Below are positions 38,698-54,050 of a stretch of DNA of 64,000 nt, one piece after another (the stretch's first letter is position 1; each line of letters begins with the position of its first letter). The DNA lies in the NCBI RefSeq assembly GCF_006345805.1, contig NC_043006.1, positions 34,596,001 through 34,660,000 on the forward strand, written 5' to 3'. This stretch comes from Octopus sinensis. Lineage: Eukaryota. The notes beneath the pieces are model-generated. The model did no database searches. It was given only the letters and a program-made list of their open reading frames with translations, and was not told where the DNA came from. The position numbers and the translations under genes are program-made.

Positions 38698-39917
38698 ATA
38701 TATATATATATATATATATAAACATATATTAAAAATAACCGCTGCCCCGCATCGCTGGAGACGTCTTTTTGCTGTCTGCACAGGATCGTTGATTGCCGAC
38801 CTGTGTTGCCACATCAATTCCTGATAAGCGTTACATGGTTCATAATTAAGCGTACTATGTCATCCCGCATCCGCGATGAATAAGACTTAAACGAGGATGC
38901 ATGATTGTTTTATGTCTCCCTGTTAGATAAATTCACCACCGGTGACTGACCTAACTCTTAGAGAGATTTTTTATTCCAACACGTAACTAATTTTAAATGT
39001 GGACAGTGAGTTTCTTAAGAATGTTTGTATGCTGCCAAACATTATTAAAAATAGTTAACCAATACCTGAACAAGAAACAGCTACTACAGTGTAAACAGTA
39101 CGAAGATAATGCGAATACTTCGAAAGGCGTGGTAAACAGTAGCAAGAAAATGCGATTATGTGGGCGACGCTAAGAAAATACTAGCAGAAATCAATGTAAC
39201 GAAATACAATAAAACTACGAACATCTTAAAATGTTCTCAAGTAAAGAACAATGTTTCAAATATGTATATAAGTAATCATGTCTTTTTCTTTATCCTCAAG
39301 TATAAACTAAATAATTGTATAAAATACTCAACAAGGATAGTATTGTTTGACCCGATACAGTAATGATTCCACCAGATTCGCCTTTAAGAGATACAAGCAG
39401 GATTCCTTGCTTCGTTGTATTTACATAAACCTAGTGGAGTCACGATACTGGATCATACAATACTACCCTTGTTAAATATATTATATAATTATGTATCTTT
39501 TACTTAAAGAAACATGAAAGATTTCTATCTAAAATATAATTATTTGTTTCTTTAGAAAGTTTAATGGCGTTCTTGTCTGTAGTTAGTTTTTTTTTCTGGT
39601 TTCTGTATTGTCTGAGCATTGAAATAAGGATTGCTATTGTGTGGGTGTATACAAAACTGGTTCCACATTCTTAGTATTTTCTGTATCCTATGAAGGTGTG
39701 TAGTTAAGAACCGGCTCACGTGGTTTAAATCATTTGCCAAATGCTTAAAGTAAACAAGAAGAATCTGCTGTACATTGGTTCATTCATTGTTCATTCATAT
39801 ATGAATGGTAAGGGCTTTCGTTGCCGGTTGCTTACCCTGAATATTTACTCATCACGTGTACGTAGTGCGCGTGAGTATGTCTGCCTATGTAGATATATGT
39901 TAAAGATTGATGCACTA

Positions 39918-40080
39918 CCGTAAATCCTCGAGTACAGTTCGCCCTTGAGTATAATACGCAGGGGATTTTTAGGGGGCTGTATCTCTGAAAAACCTAAACC
40001 TTGTGTATAATACGCACCCCTTCTCTAACTTGAGTGGAGGAGGTCTATACAACGTCCTTGGTTTGTAAAACTGTATACGG
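39918..40080. mobile_element. Tc2/pogo-like MITE remnant
   Basis: TA|CCGTAAATCCTCGAGTA ... TACGG|TA termini with TA TSD and repeated GTATAATACGCA subterminal motif. Confidence 0.6.
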
Positions 40081-40229
40081 TAACGCCCTTTATATTATTA
40101 CAACCAATGAATAATTTTCGTCAAAATATCATATAATTTGTCGACTTGGAACTAATTGCAAAGCTTCATGATAAACAACACTTTTTTCTCTTTCCATTCA
40201 GGGGTCAGTATAATTTTTGTTTCTGTATA

Positions 40230-40261
<32 letters not shown>

Positions 40262-41025
40262 GTTGATTGTTTTCAACCATCACCATCACCAGTACCACCA
40301 CCATTGCCACCACGACTGCCATACACACACCATTCAGACTTTTGACGCCACCACCATCAACACCTTTGACTTCACCGCCTCCTCCTCCACCTCCATCACC
40401 ACTGTCTTTTCACATCCCTTACTGTCACCGTCATGCTTGACCACCTCAGCTACCACCACCACCACCACCACCACCATCATCATCACCGTCACCTCCGCTT
40501 CTATCACAACTACGGCTTATACTATTATTATCACCCCATTACTATCTCAACTGTCAATCTACTACCACCCTCACTGTCTCTATGCCTACTCTCACCCCAG
40601 CATGAGAAGCAGAAGAAGTGTCATTGAATAATGAGAGAGGGGGTTCAAAGTGTGACACACTGACACAGATTCGTTTTGGCATTTATTATATATATATACG
40701 GCGAGATTCTTTCAGTTTCCATCTACCTCATCCACTCATAAGACTTTGGTTGACCCAGGGCTATAGTACAAGACACTTGTTCAAGGTACCATGAATGCGT
40801 TTGCTCAAAGTGCCACAAAACCATGAAGTTGAGAAACAAACGTCGTAGCAGATGGCCATGCATAAGCCTTTTCTTTCTTTTTTTCATAGTTTAAACTAAA
40901 CAGCATTAAGGGAGTTGTTAACTACCGATTGCTTGGATAATCTCTAATGATTTAGAGACACCTTACTCGTTATCGTATATGCATTTTCCTGCGGCTGGAT
41001 GACATAGCAATATTTTTAGACACCG

Positions 41026-41392
41026 ACTAGCAGTATCGCCCGGCGTTGCTCGGGTTTGTAAGGGAAATAACTATAAAGCATTTTTAGAGAGTTATAGCCA
41101 AAAAACGGAAAAAAAATTATGGTAAATTTTTTTTAGTTAAAAAGGTCGAGTTGCGTCCCCTAGACAGTCTGTGGTTTGTGTTTCTGATTCTCGACACCAT
41201 GTCGAATTTATCGATTTTTTTCAGAACTGGGGGAACTTTTCAAATTTTCGCTGCGTTAGTTTTGAATTATGACATTGGGCTATGTGTGTGTCAAGTTTCA
41301 TCAGAATCGGTTGAAAGCCGTGGTCAGGGTGAGGGTACAACCTAACAGACACACAGAAACACACACAGACAAACTGCCGTTTATATATAGAG
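41026..41392 (-). mobile_element. Non-autonomous Helitron-like element
   Basis: Minus-strand 5' TCTCTATATATAAACGGCAG and 3' hairpin CCCGAGCAACGCCGGG followed by CTAG. Confidence 0.7.
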
Positions 41393-42029
41393 AGAAGAGA
41401 TGTAACAGAAGCTCAACAAACCACTCATTAAACATATTTTGCTGATCTTGTTAGTGTGTCGAAAAAACTTATGTATGTGTAACATATGTCTTGGGAAATT
41501 ATTTATAAAACGAATAAATACCATGAGAAAAAGAAAGCGAAAGAAAAACAAATTATAATAACAACAGTATCCGTAATTTTAATTATATTTTGGTGAAGGG
41601 ATGGTAATAGAAAGGTATAATGGTCACACTGTTCCCTTGGGTACTGTCAGTAAATTGGGAATTCCTTTTCTCAAAGCATACGGATGTCACGTTGATTAGT
41701 TGTGGTTGCTGAGCTCCAAATTGTTTCAACGAAGTCGCGTCTTGTCCTTATCTTCTAAACGCGGAGTAGATGAAACAGGGACAACTGAAAAAGAGGAATA
41801 TTCCTTATGTTGTGTCTCGTTTCTCTGTTTCTTTTTCGTTGTTTTAAAAAAAGTTCGTTTCTATGATTTTGTTTTTGTTTTCGTTCCTCATTGTGTTCAA
41901 CGTTTTTTTTATGTCCTGCACCCATATATGCATGTATATATACGTATATATGCAGGTATGTACATATATGTATGTATATTGCATATATTATATATTATTT
42001 ACATTATTATATGATCGAACGCCACACAT

Positions 42030-42041
42030 CCTTTTCCTAAT

Positions 42042-42084
<43 letters not shown>

Positions 42085-42579
42085 TATATATATATATATA
42101 TACATATTATATATACATATATATATATATATATTATACATATATCTATATATATACATAATATATATATATATATAATATATTATATATATACATAATA
42201 TATATATACATATAGATATATATACATATATATATATATACATAATACATATATATAACATATATCATAATTTATAATATATATATAATTATTACATATA
42301 TATACATATATAATATATAGATATACATATATATACATATATATATATAATATATACATATAATATAGATATATATACATATATATACATTATATATATA
42401 ATATATATATATAATATTATATATACATTATATATATATAGATATTATAGTATATTATAATATAATATACATATATAACATATATATATATATATAGATA
42501 TATACATATAATATATATCTATATATATAATATATATATATACATAGATATACATATATATACATAGATATATATATAC

Positions 42580-42610
<31 letters not shown>

Positions 42611-42712
42611 CATAGATATATATATAAATATACAATATATATATACATATATATACTATATATATAACATATATATATACATTATATACATATACTATAT
42701 ATATATATTATA

Positions 42713-42744
<32 letters not shown>

Positions 42745-43212
42745 TACATATATATATATTATATACATATATATATATCTTATAGATACAATATATATAT
42801 ATATATATATATAAATAATAGATATATATATATATATATACATATAATATATATATATATATATATAGATATATATATATATAATTATATATATATATAC
42901 ATATATATATATATTACTCTTTTACTCTTTTACTTGTTTCAGCCATCCGGCTGAGGCCATGCTGGGGCACCGCCCTTGTTGCTACCCTCTCTAAGTCCAG
43001 TTTGCCGTGTGGCCACTGATCTAGAGAGAGTTTGTAGCTGCTGCCCTTAGGTTACTTCGTACCTTGCAGTGGGTTCATCTGGGATCCGGAAAGCAGCTTG
43101 TCTAGATGTTTTTTGAAAATGTCCACATCCGCATCATGTAGATCTCTTAGTTTCTTGGCAGTTGTTGAACAGCTGAGGGCCCTGTATATATATATATATA
43201 TATATATACATA

Positions 43213-43269
<57 letters not shown>

Positions 43270-43299
43270 ATATATATAATATATATATATATATATATA

Positions 43300-43334
<35 letters not shown>

Positions 43335-43731
43335 CAGATATGATCAATATATATATATACATATATATACAATATATATATATATATACAATACATATAT
43401 ATTACAATATATATATATACATATATTACAATATACATATATACATCTAACATATATAATACATTATAACATTATATATATATACAATATTACACAATAT
43501 ATATATATAATATTATATACATATATTATATATATATATTACAATATATACATATATATATATAATATATATACATATATATGAATATATTACATAGATA
43601 TAGATATTACATATATATAATATTATATTATATATATACATATATATATATACATATATAATATATATAATATATATAACATATATATATATATATACAA
43701 TATATATATATAACATATTTCTATATATATA

Positions 43732-43762
<31 letters not shown>

Positions 43763-43860
43763 CATAATATATATATATTATACATATATAATATATATAT
43801 AACATATATATATATATAATATATATATATATATTACATAGACATATATATTATATATAC

Positions 43861-43891
<31 letters not shown>

Positions 43892-43900
43892 CATAATTAC

Positions 43901-43939
<39 letters not shown>

Positions 43940-44055
43940 AATATATATATATATCATACATATATAATAACATATATACTATATATATAACATAATAATA
44001 TATACATATATATATATATATACATATATATTACATATATATTATTACATATATA

Positions 44056-44096
<41 letters not shown>

Positions 44097-44405
44097 CATA
44101 TATTATATTATACATATATATACATATATATATATATAACATATATATATATATATATATACATATATATATACATATATAATTAATACATAATATAATA
44201 TATATATATTACATACATATAGATATATATAGAATATATTATACATACATATATATATACATACATATATATATATACTATATATATTATATATACATAT
44301 ATATATATATACTATATATATTATACATACATATATTATATACAGACAATATATATATATACAACATATATATACATATATATAACATATATATATATAC
44401 ATTAC

Positions 44406-44436
<31 letters not shown>

Positions 44437-44466
44437 ATATACATACATATATATATATATACATAC

Positions 44467-44503
<37 letters not shown>

Positions 44504-44571
44504 CAATTATATATCTATATATACATATATATATATATATATACAATATATATACAATATATACCTATATC

Positions 44572-44641
<70 letters not shown>

Positions 44642-44672
44642 TCAGATATATATATATATCTATATACTATAC

Positions 44673-44703
<31 letters not shown>

Positions 44704-44922
44704 ACATATATATATACATATATAATATATATATACATATATATATACATATATATATATATAATACATATATATATACATATATATAACATATATAACA
44801 TATTATTATACATATTATATATATATACCATATATATATATAAATATATATATATACATATATATATATCTATAAATATATACATATATATATATATATT
44901 ACATATATATATACATATATAT

Positions 44923-44953
<31 letters not shown>

Positions 44954-44955
44954 TA

Positions 44956-45010
<55 letters not shown>

Positions 45011-45231
45011 CATATATATATACATATAATATACATAATATTATATATATAATATATTACATATATATATATATACATATATATATACATTATATATACA
45101 TATAATATATATATACTATATATTATATATATATATATATTATATATATAACATATATATATATTATATATATATATATATATATACATATATTATATAT
45201 ATATATACATACATATATATATATATATAAC

Positions 45232-45263
<32 letters not shown>

Positions 45264-45369
45264 GATATATACTATATATATATTATACATCTATATATAT
45301 ATATATATACATATATATATAAATATATATTACATAGATATATATATATATAATACAATATATATATAC

Positions 45370-45400
<31 letters not shown>

Positions 45401-45478
45401 CATATATATTATATACATATACATATATATATAATATATACATATATATATATATATTATAATATATATATATAATAC

Positions 45479-45510
<32 letters not shown>

Positions 45511-45730
45511 TATATATACATATTATATATATATAATATATATATACATATATAAATATAATATAATATTTATAATACCTATATATATATATACATAATA
45601 TATAATATATATACATATATATATATAACATATCGTATAATATATATATATATACTATATATAATAATAATATAATATATATATACATATATATATATTA
45701 TATATATATATCATATATATACATATATAT

Positions 45731-45765
<35 letters not shown>

Positions 45766-45812
45766 GATATATATTATATATATAGATATTATATATAATA
45801 TATATATATATC
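42030..45812. repeat. ~3.8-kb degenerate (TA)n/(TACA)n array, interrupted at ~42915-43185
   Basis: Almost pure A/T with scattered C/G; source of the I/Y-rich pseudo-ORFs. Confidence 0.97.
42960..43185 (-). mobile_element. LINE 3' fragment embedded in the giant TA array
   Basis: Minus strand encodes [20 protein letters not shown], resembling the RT C-terminus of I/Jockey/CR1-group LINEs. Confidence 0.5.
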
Positions 45813-46875
45813 GATTTTCACCAAATCATGGTGAAGCTTAATGTTACCCTAAGGAACTTAATTCTGACGTTAGTTTCCATGCAATACCTTACTTTCAGAA
45901 AAAATCGATAAAATCATGCCATTTGGGAAATCGCATTCAAATTCAAGATGACATATTTTCAACATATCTTTAACAAATTGGCAGGAATTTTTTTTTAAAT
46001 TTACAGCGAGCATCATGTCTGCTCCAAGGAGCTATATGGCCCTTTTGATTCCAATAGGATACGTTATTACTGGAAAAAATCGGTTAATTACATCATATGT
46101 GGCACACATAGCAAACCGATTTTTCTGCGCGATGTGATTGTGAAAGTTCACATAGATTTTCCTTACACCGATGTTGGACATCAAGTTTGCATTAAATGTC
46201 AAACTAACGACCTTTTGTCAATGCAGTTAATAAGTATTGGGAGAAATCGACAAAACCATATCACTTTGAGACCGACCATGCGAACCCTACAAAACTGACT
46301 TTCCTTAAAATAGTTCACGGATTTCAGGCGATTTAGTCGATTTTTGCCGCTTCAGCTAGGAACGTCGTATACACAGAAGTATTGGAGTGAAGAGAAGACG
46401 TTGCAACCTACACATGCGCCTTCGTTCCCTAGAGGGAAAGGACTAGATCGGGATTAGTCGTTGCCTACTAGAGGCTCCCGAGCCCCCTTTCGCTAGACTT
46501 AAGTTAGGATTAGGTAGGGCTTAGCCTTGGTCCGAACCCAACTTGGGTTCGGGGTGGGGGGCGGTGTCAAAAAGGGCCGGCATGTGCAACCTCATCACCT
46601 CTGCCTGTCAAACTCCCAACCCATGCGTTCCCGTCGTGACACTGATCCCGCAGAACTGGGTTGGGTGTGCTAAACAAAACCCAGAAAATGCACTTTGACT
46701 GCCATAGATTTTCTTCATGCATGCAAGGGAACGGTGCCTTGACTGCTTTAATGCCTTTTAGGCTTCATTTTACAAATAACGGTTCAATGAGTACAAAAAA
46801 GGGTAAAAAGGTAAAGGGCATTGCTTATCGACAAAGTTTCTTACATACCCGGGCAACGCCGGGCTATGCTGCTAG
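45810..46875 (+). mobile_element. Non-autonomous Helitron-like element
   Basis: 3' hairpin CCCGGGCAACGCCGGG (46848-46863) then CTAG (46872-46875); same terminus as 41026. The 5' end is lost in the TA array, so the start is approximate. Confidence 0.6.
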
Positions 46876-47667
46876 TATATATATATATATATAGTTCAAA
46901 TTTACAATATATATATATACATACACACACATGCAGGCGTACATGCATACATACATACGTACATACATGTATGTATGTGTTCTCCAACAGCATGACAACC
47001 GGTGTTGGTCTGTTTACGTCCCCGTAACTTAGCGGGTCGGCATAAAGTGAACGATACAATATGAACCAGGCTTATAAAAGGACAAGAAATACAGGGGTCA
47101 ACTTGCTCGCCTAAAACCCCATCAAAGCGGTGCCTGCAGCAGAGTCACACAGTCCAACAATTAAAACAAGTGAAAGCCAAAAGTTAAGAGATGCAAACAC
47201 ATACAAGCATTACAGTTGAAACGACGAGCGTTGTACATTTATTTACAAGTCGATGTACATGTTACATACACGTGCAAGATTGTGTGTAATTAATTTTCCG
47301 GTTGCGAAACCATAGGTATTATGCGCAAAGATCCGTGTTTATGTATAATATATATCCGTGTGAATGAGAACGTCAGTATGCTTGCAATGGCAATGAAAAG
47401 ACGTGTTCGAAATGTGTTTGTATAAAGAGAGGTAATACAGTTGCGAGAGAAAAAAACTGTCTGTCTCTCTCTCTCTCAGATCCTCTTTCATACACACGCA
47501 CATAAATATATAAATGAGGTTAAGCAAGTGGTTGCAATCCAAGGCAAAAAGAAGATTACGAAGTAAAGATAAATAAAAAAAAAACAAACATTTCACATTC
47601 TCTATAACAGATGGAATGTCCAGCCAAACACAACTTTCCCGTACTAAAAAGAATAAACCGAGAAAAC

Positions 47668-47670
47668 ACC

Positions 47671-47737
<67 letters not shown>

Positions 47738-48082
47738 GTGATACACGATCCCTATTGATCGTTTTTTTTCTTTTTTTTCACGGTCCCTTTTGACCGAATA
47801 CCTACCTCGCCACCTTTTTTTTTCTTTTTTTTCACGGTCCCTTTTGACCGAATACCTACCTCGCCACCTTTTTTCTTTTCTTTTTTTTTTCCTCCCCCAA
47901 AAGAAAAGCTCTACTTTGTAATTTGTCCCCTCTGTGTTCAGCTCTGTGTGGCTAATAAAGAAACATATCTATCTATCTATCTATCTACCGACATACTACA
48001 CTTGTATGTAGGTGTGTACGTATGTATGTATGTATGTATGTATGTATGTATGTATGTATGTATGTATGTATGTATGTATGTA
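47668..48082. repeat. (TATC)n (~47670-47737) and (TATG)n (~48020-48082) microsatellites
   Basis: Direct reading. Confidence 0.92.
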
Positions 48083-48746
48083 TCTTTCGCGAGTCTTCCT
48101 TGATCACTACAAAGTCTTTACCTCGTTTGTAAACCCAAACGCATAATTGCGTGCGTGTGTGCGAGCGCGTGCTTGTGTGTACGTATGTATTTGTATGTAT
48201 GCATGCGTGTATGTATATGTGCATGTATGTATGATGTAAGTATAACGTAAGTATGTATGTATGTATGTGTGTGTGTGTGTGTGTCTGTGTGAGGTATTGC
48301 TTAGTCCATATTCCATAGAATGAGAGGGCAGTGTTTTATGGTCAAAAGGAATCCATCCACGACCACTTCATCAAAAATTATGTTGAACTACATAATTCAT
48401 TATGTCTTTCCAGATTTAAAACGTTACGCAGCAATTTCAAAGGAAATATGGTTGCTATTACTCCCAAAATGATAAACTGTGAATAAATTTGTTTGTTTGT
48501 CTATAAGTATAATGTACGCACAGTTTTACATAACAGGACTAACAGCCTGTGGATACTGTCAAAACATGATTTCGTTTTTCTTTTACATTTTGTGATATAA
48601 AAATGCAATCAGTCTCCGAATTAGTTACAAACTCTTCCACTTAAAAACAGAATCTGTGGCGTTCAAGCCTTCTATTTCTTGCAAGTATTTATTTACATGC
48701 AGAATACCAGAGATATTCAAACATTGCGAGAACAATACAATCACAC

Positions 48747-48791
<45 letters not shown>

Positions 48792-50745
48792 CGCGCGCGC
48801 GCACGCGGGCGCGCAGAATTACAATAAATGTAAAAGTGATAAAATATAATACCAGTAATATACCGAGATCGATTTAATATACTTTACCCCCCCCCCGTAA
48901 TTGCTGGCCTTGTGTATAAGATATGAAACCATTATTATCAGAGCAAAAACAAGATATTTATCTGTCTGTCTGTGTCTTCGTTTTGTAGTACAATCATATA
49001 TATATATATATATATATTCGTCAGAAATTACAAAGTTGCTGAAAGGCCGATAGTATCTATCATACACGAAACTCTCAGGCCTTGAGTCATTTTGAGACCG
49101 TTACCGATTACTATATATATAGTATGTATGCATGCATGTATGTATGTGTGTGTACTTTCATGTTAAGTTTTAATAAAAACAGCTTAACATTAAACTGAAG
49201 AATTTGTATGGAACATGTTTTACAAGAGGGGTGACAGGGACTTGGAAGTTTCGGTCTCTGTCCAACGAAGGTTATCAGGTCGATACTTCGAACTCACTGT
49301 CATCCCGCTTCTTGTAAAAGTTATATACGATAGATATAAAACAACAAATATTGGAGGTGGTGCCGTTAATTAGATTACATTGAGTTCTCGAATGTTACTT
49401 ACTACATCGCTCTCTGAAAAAAGAAAAAAAAAAAAAAAACAGAGTCGACCCCGGCGGGATTTGAACTCAGTATAATAAACTTACTCGGTATGACAAATGG
49501 ATAAAAGATATAAGGCTCACCCCAAATGCTTCCTGGAAATTTGCCATTGAAAATCCAGGTTAAAATCCTTTAAAGTCAAGTGAAGTAGTGTATTCCTGAA
49601 AACGGGACAAGTTCAGTGCGTCACTAGTTTGAAAGTTCATAAATATAAATAAAAACTTTCAGCTGTTTACAGTTAGTTGATATTTGATGTAAGCGGCGCA
49701 CCTTCAGATTTATACCTCAATGGAACTTGTGAAGACAATTTAAATTACGATCAGCAAATAGTTTTGTAGTCTTTCTTAGAAAAGATGAAAGCTTTTTCTA
49801 TACAAGAAAGTTACGAGAAATGAGATTGTACGAAGAATAGTTTCTGATTTACACCAGGACATTAGCGGTTCAACTGAGTTACAACCGGATAATGTGAACG
49901 AGACCGGAGTGTCACTCGCACTTAGTTTGCTGGGAACTTTTACGCTGCCTTATATTGCAGTTGTAAATTCGGTCCCGGTTGGGTAGATTATAATATTGTC
50001 TTCTGTTTTTTGTCTGTATGGGACCACATTTTGCAATGTGTCCTTTTAAGATGGTTATGGTGTGTTTGAGAGATATAGCTTCTATTTCTAGCAGTTCCAG
50101 CAACCGCTTAGTACCCCGCCCTGCCTTGGAAAACCCGATTGTGCAATGTGATTTCAACTTATAATCACAGATTTATTCTTTTATTAGTTTTTTTTTTACA
50201 TGTTTCAGTAATTTGACTGTGGCTATGCTGGAGCACTGCCTTAAAGGGTTTTAATCGAAGAAATCAACCCCAGGACTTATTCTTTGTAAACTTAGTATTT
50301 ATTCTATCGGTTCTTTTGCCGAGCCACTAAGTTATGGGGACATAAACACACCAACATCGGTTGTCAAGCGGTGATAGAGACAAACACACACATATATATA
50401 CGATAGACTTCTTTCAGTTTCCGTCTACCAGATCCACTCACAAGGCTTTGGTCAGCTCGTGGCTATAGACGAAGGTCCAAGGTGTCACCCTGAACCATGT
50501 GGTTGAAAAGCAAGCTGCTTACCACACAGCTACGCCTGTATATATTTCAATAAGATATATTTTATATTGTTTCATATTTGAATATCGTTATCCTCAATCG
50601 CTGATTAAAAACAATTTGTTAAAAAATCTTTATTCGCTAGTTCCACTTTGTAATTGATCAATTTTGTAGTTCTTGCTGATGTCAATCTACGTCAAGTTGA
50701 CCTCATCAAAGACGTTCAAACCGTGATTTTTTATTTATTTATTTG

Positions 50746-51120
50746 TTACCTCCGCTTTAGCGAAGTTGGAGGTAATGTTTTCAGTCGTGTTTGTTTGTTT
50801 GTTTGTTGGTCCGTGAACAAGATATCTCAAGGACCGCTGGATGGATTCGGATGAAACTTTCAGGAATGTATGAGCTCGTGACTGGTATGAACTGATTAGA
50901 TTTGGGGATCGACCCGGTACCGGACAAGGATTCTGGATTATTTTTCCGGTTTTTTAAACTTAATTTTTGAGAGTGGTCGGGTTCATTTTTAGTATTCTCG
51001 TTTGTGAGAGCAGTCAAGTTTAGTTCAGATATTCTCATTTTAAAAATCATCTCTGGCTAATCGTTGAGAGAACGTTGGTGTTGCCTTGGCAGAGGTTTGC
51101 ACTCTCTGAGTGCTCTTGTT
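50746..51120 (+). mobile_element. Helentron/HINE-like non-autonomous element
   Basis: TTACCTCCG... start, (TTTG)n, subterminal GGCAGAGGT and 3' hairpin GCACTCTCTGAGTGC; second copy begins at 63832. Confidence 0.6.
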
Positions 51121-52619
51121 TACATGCATATGAATGCCGGTGTGTTTATTTACACTATAACCATTATTAAATAATATAAGGAATTGTATAAAAATATTGT
51201 TAAAATATTTTGCACGTTAGTATTTTAAGCATTATAGAAGTATAAAGCAATTTATTGCACATAAATTTTATCAATAAAATCTTATGTAGAGCTCCAAGGG
51301 ATCCATATTGCGAACCACCGAGCTAAGCGAATGTACGTTTGTATTTTAGACAGCATGAAGAGTTGGTTGCTTTTTCTAAAAAATCCAGCTCCAACATAAT
51401 GTAACTTTGTTGATGTTTAACGCTCCCAGAGAGAGGTAGAAACGGAGTCGAACCCGACATGGTTTGAACTCATTACTAATTCCACAAACTTACTCACTGT
51501 GACTATATATAGTTCACCCGACATACACATGTTGGGTGCATCATAAATCAATAGCAGTACTTAAAGTACTTTTATCAATGGGACTTGTTCATAAAGCTGT
51601 GATCACCCTGTTTTTATTGTTTGGAAAAGTATGGACTACATTTATTATTTTAATGTATTCTTTTTTGAAAACTGTTGGCTGTAGTTTAGAGAAATTTGGC
51701 TGCTCTTTCTACAAGTTTAAGCGACCATTTGGAGATCCCTTTTGTTAGCTAGCCGTCTGCTCGCAGTAGTAACACATTTGTTCATTGTTCTAATACACGC
51801 ACATACAGAAGCTAAATAGGAAATCCTCCATATTTTCGTTAGAAATAGCTCCAGTTTCCTTAAGTACTCATTAATGGCTTAAAGTAGAAGGTTATACTGA
51901 ATAAAGTTATCCCTTGATTTATTATGTGTGACCAAACAACTAGATGCTTCTGTCTGCTTTTTCTAGGTTCGCGCTCTCATGGCTGACCTGGGGTTAAAGA
52001 ACAACAACACGCGCATTTAACAAACATTGAAGCGCGAATCTTAATGTATTATAACTTTGCGCGTATAATTTTAATTCTGATAACAATGCGGTTTCTTTGT
52101 TTAATTACATTTTGTCTATAAAGTATTTTGTAATATTGTCAACTTGTTTCCCTTGTAACGAATAAAAATTACACATACATACATGCATATGAATGCGGGT
52201 GTGTTTATTTACACTATAACCATTATTTAAAATTTATAGACCCCAATTTGATTCCTTTTTTACTCCCATAACTATCCGATGTTTAAAAAATAATCCTATT
52301 ATATTTTTATTATTAAATATTTTAAGGAATTGTATAAAAATATTGTTAAAATATTTTGCACGTTAGTATTTTAAGCATTATAGAAGTATAAAGCAATTTA
52401 TTGCACATAAATTTTATCAATAAAATCTTATGTGGAGCCCCAAGGGATCCATATTGCGAACCACCGAGCCCAACGAATGTACGTTGTTTTATTATTACCC
52501 ACAAGGGGCGAACATAGATGGGACAATACAATCTGATGATGGGGTCAGACACACGAATGGGTTTTTACAATAAATCGAATTTAAAAATTTTCATGAATTA
52601 CAATAAATGGACAGAAATC

Positions 52620-52788
52620 GAATGATGGGACAGACCGGAAGACATTACGGGTGGAGTGGGTGCGGGTTTAGCGATTACTCGACCTGCGACAAATAACAGC
52701 CAAAACAACCTGAGATCACGTGGAGTTAAACAACAAATATAATTTATGTGAAAGTCCGTAAGCGGCCTCCAGTGTGGCATTAAACACA
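52620..52788 (+). promoter_or_regulatory. Putative UBE3D promoter/5' UTR
   Basis: CpG-enriched stretch directly upstream of exon 1, with ETS-like CCGGAAG (52635-52641), a GGGTGGAGT GC/GT-box and E-box CACGTG (52717-52722). Motif match only. Confidence 0.4.
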
Positions 52789-52952
52789 ATGGTAAATGGC
52801 GCTCTAAGTAGTTCGTCTTTTGCAGCGATGTCAGCATGTTTGGAAGACAGTCGAAATGTATCGGGTTACCACCACAAGAAGACATGGTCCATGTTGTATG
52901 CCGAAAGATTGAAGAATCTAGGAAGGTTCACGCTGTATCTTAATGTCGACAG
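52789..52952 (+). CDS. UBE3D: UBE3D-like E3 ubiquitin ligase, coding exon 1 (in-frame ATGs at 52789, 52828, 52891)
   Basis: Open frame ending ...MLYAERLKNLGRFTLYLNVD-AG|GTTTAT. The phase-2 donor joins exon 2 in frame (AG|G = Arg). The segment resembles the UBE3D N-terminal strand (human VFLEVRGQLQSALLIL, recalled from memory). Start codon and donor are less certain than for exons 2-3. Confidence 0.65.
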
Positions 52953-54010
52953 GTTTATATGATTTTCATTATTCTCCATCGTTAACTCAAGGTACATAGA
53001 TATATTTCTCCAATTTTTATCGCACACCGTAGAACAACTAATTTTGTTTTTATTGTATAAATGATCATTGTGATGAAAATAATAGTAGATTATTAATTAA
53101 TTATCATGAGTGTCTTAAAAATAACAATAACATTCCACTCACAATATTTATAATTCAGTTAAGACTTTTCTTTTATTTATGTATGTTTCAATGAATAAAG
53201 AATTACATAAAAATGCATATAGTAAGTAAATTGATATAATACATGGAAATATCCGGTGAAACCGAATTAGTGTCGAAATCTTTAGTATAAATAGTTTTCT
53301 TCTAACTATATAGTGTAATCAGAACACGATGTGAGGTTTATATGACTTTATACTGTGTCTGGCAGCATGATTAATTTTGAGTAAGTTTGTGAAAATTAAA
53401 TAGTATTTTTATCATCAGAATTACTATTATTGGCAGGAGAAGCTGAGCTTTGGACTAAATATCCCTTCAAAGACTTTTAGTTCTCTTCGTTCTGGCTTAA
53501 AACCCGCGGGCTTTTGATTTAGTCTCTAAACCAAATCGTTCCGTAACAATGCGGTGCGCCGCGGATTTTTAAAACTGCAATTTAAGGTCTTTCAAAATCC
53601 ACACTACTTGAGCCTTATGAAAATGTGTTACTTATAATGTCTGGGAGGGTTTTTTGGTAACTTTAAAACTGTTTTTAAAGAATTTCCAATGTGTAGTGCG
53701 CTACTAATTTTTTTTACTTGATTTCCACTGAGTCAAAGAATGGTTCTCAACCATTTTTTACTTATGAACCTCTGATATCTATTTTACTCTACTGGACTCT
53801 CATATCCGTTCAGTCTTTCATCTTTTACTTGCTCGAGTCATTTGAATGCGGCCATTCTGGGGTACCGCCTTGAAGGGTTTTAGTCGAACAAACGATCCCA
53901 GGACTTAATTTTTAAAGCCTGCTACTTATTCTATACACCAACACCGGTTGTCAAGCGGTGGTCGGAGACAAACACAGACACCAAATATGCACACACCTAT
54001 ATATAATATA

Positions 54011-54050
<40 letters not shown>

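Noticed and set aside
25270-39200. Very degraded LINE RT traces (YLGQMI ~25310; PIFNLYT ~37985, minus; YVGDAK ~39160)
   Set aside because: They are single short motifs without definable boundaries, noted as old LINE debris and not annotated as features.
16270-45688. Dozens of I/Y/C/H/T-rich ORFs in the supplied track
   Set aside because: They are translations of (TA)n, (CA)n and (TACA)n microsatellites, with no coding signal.
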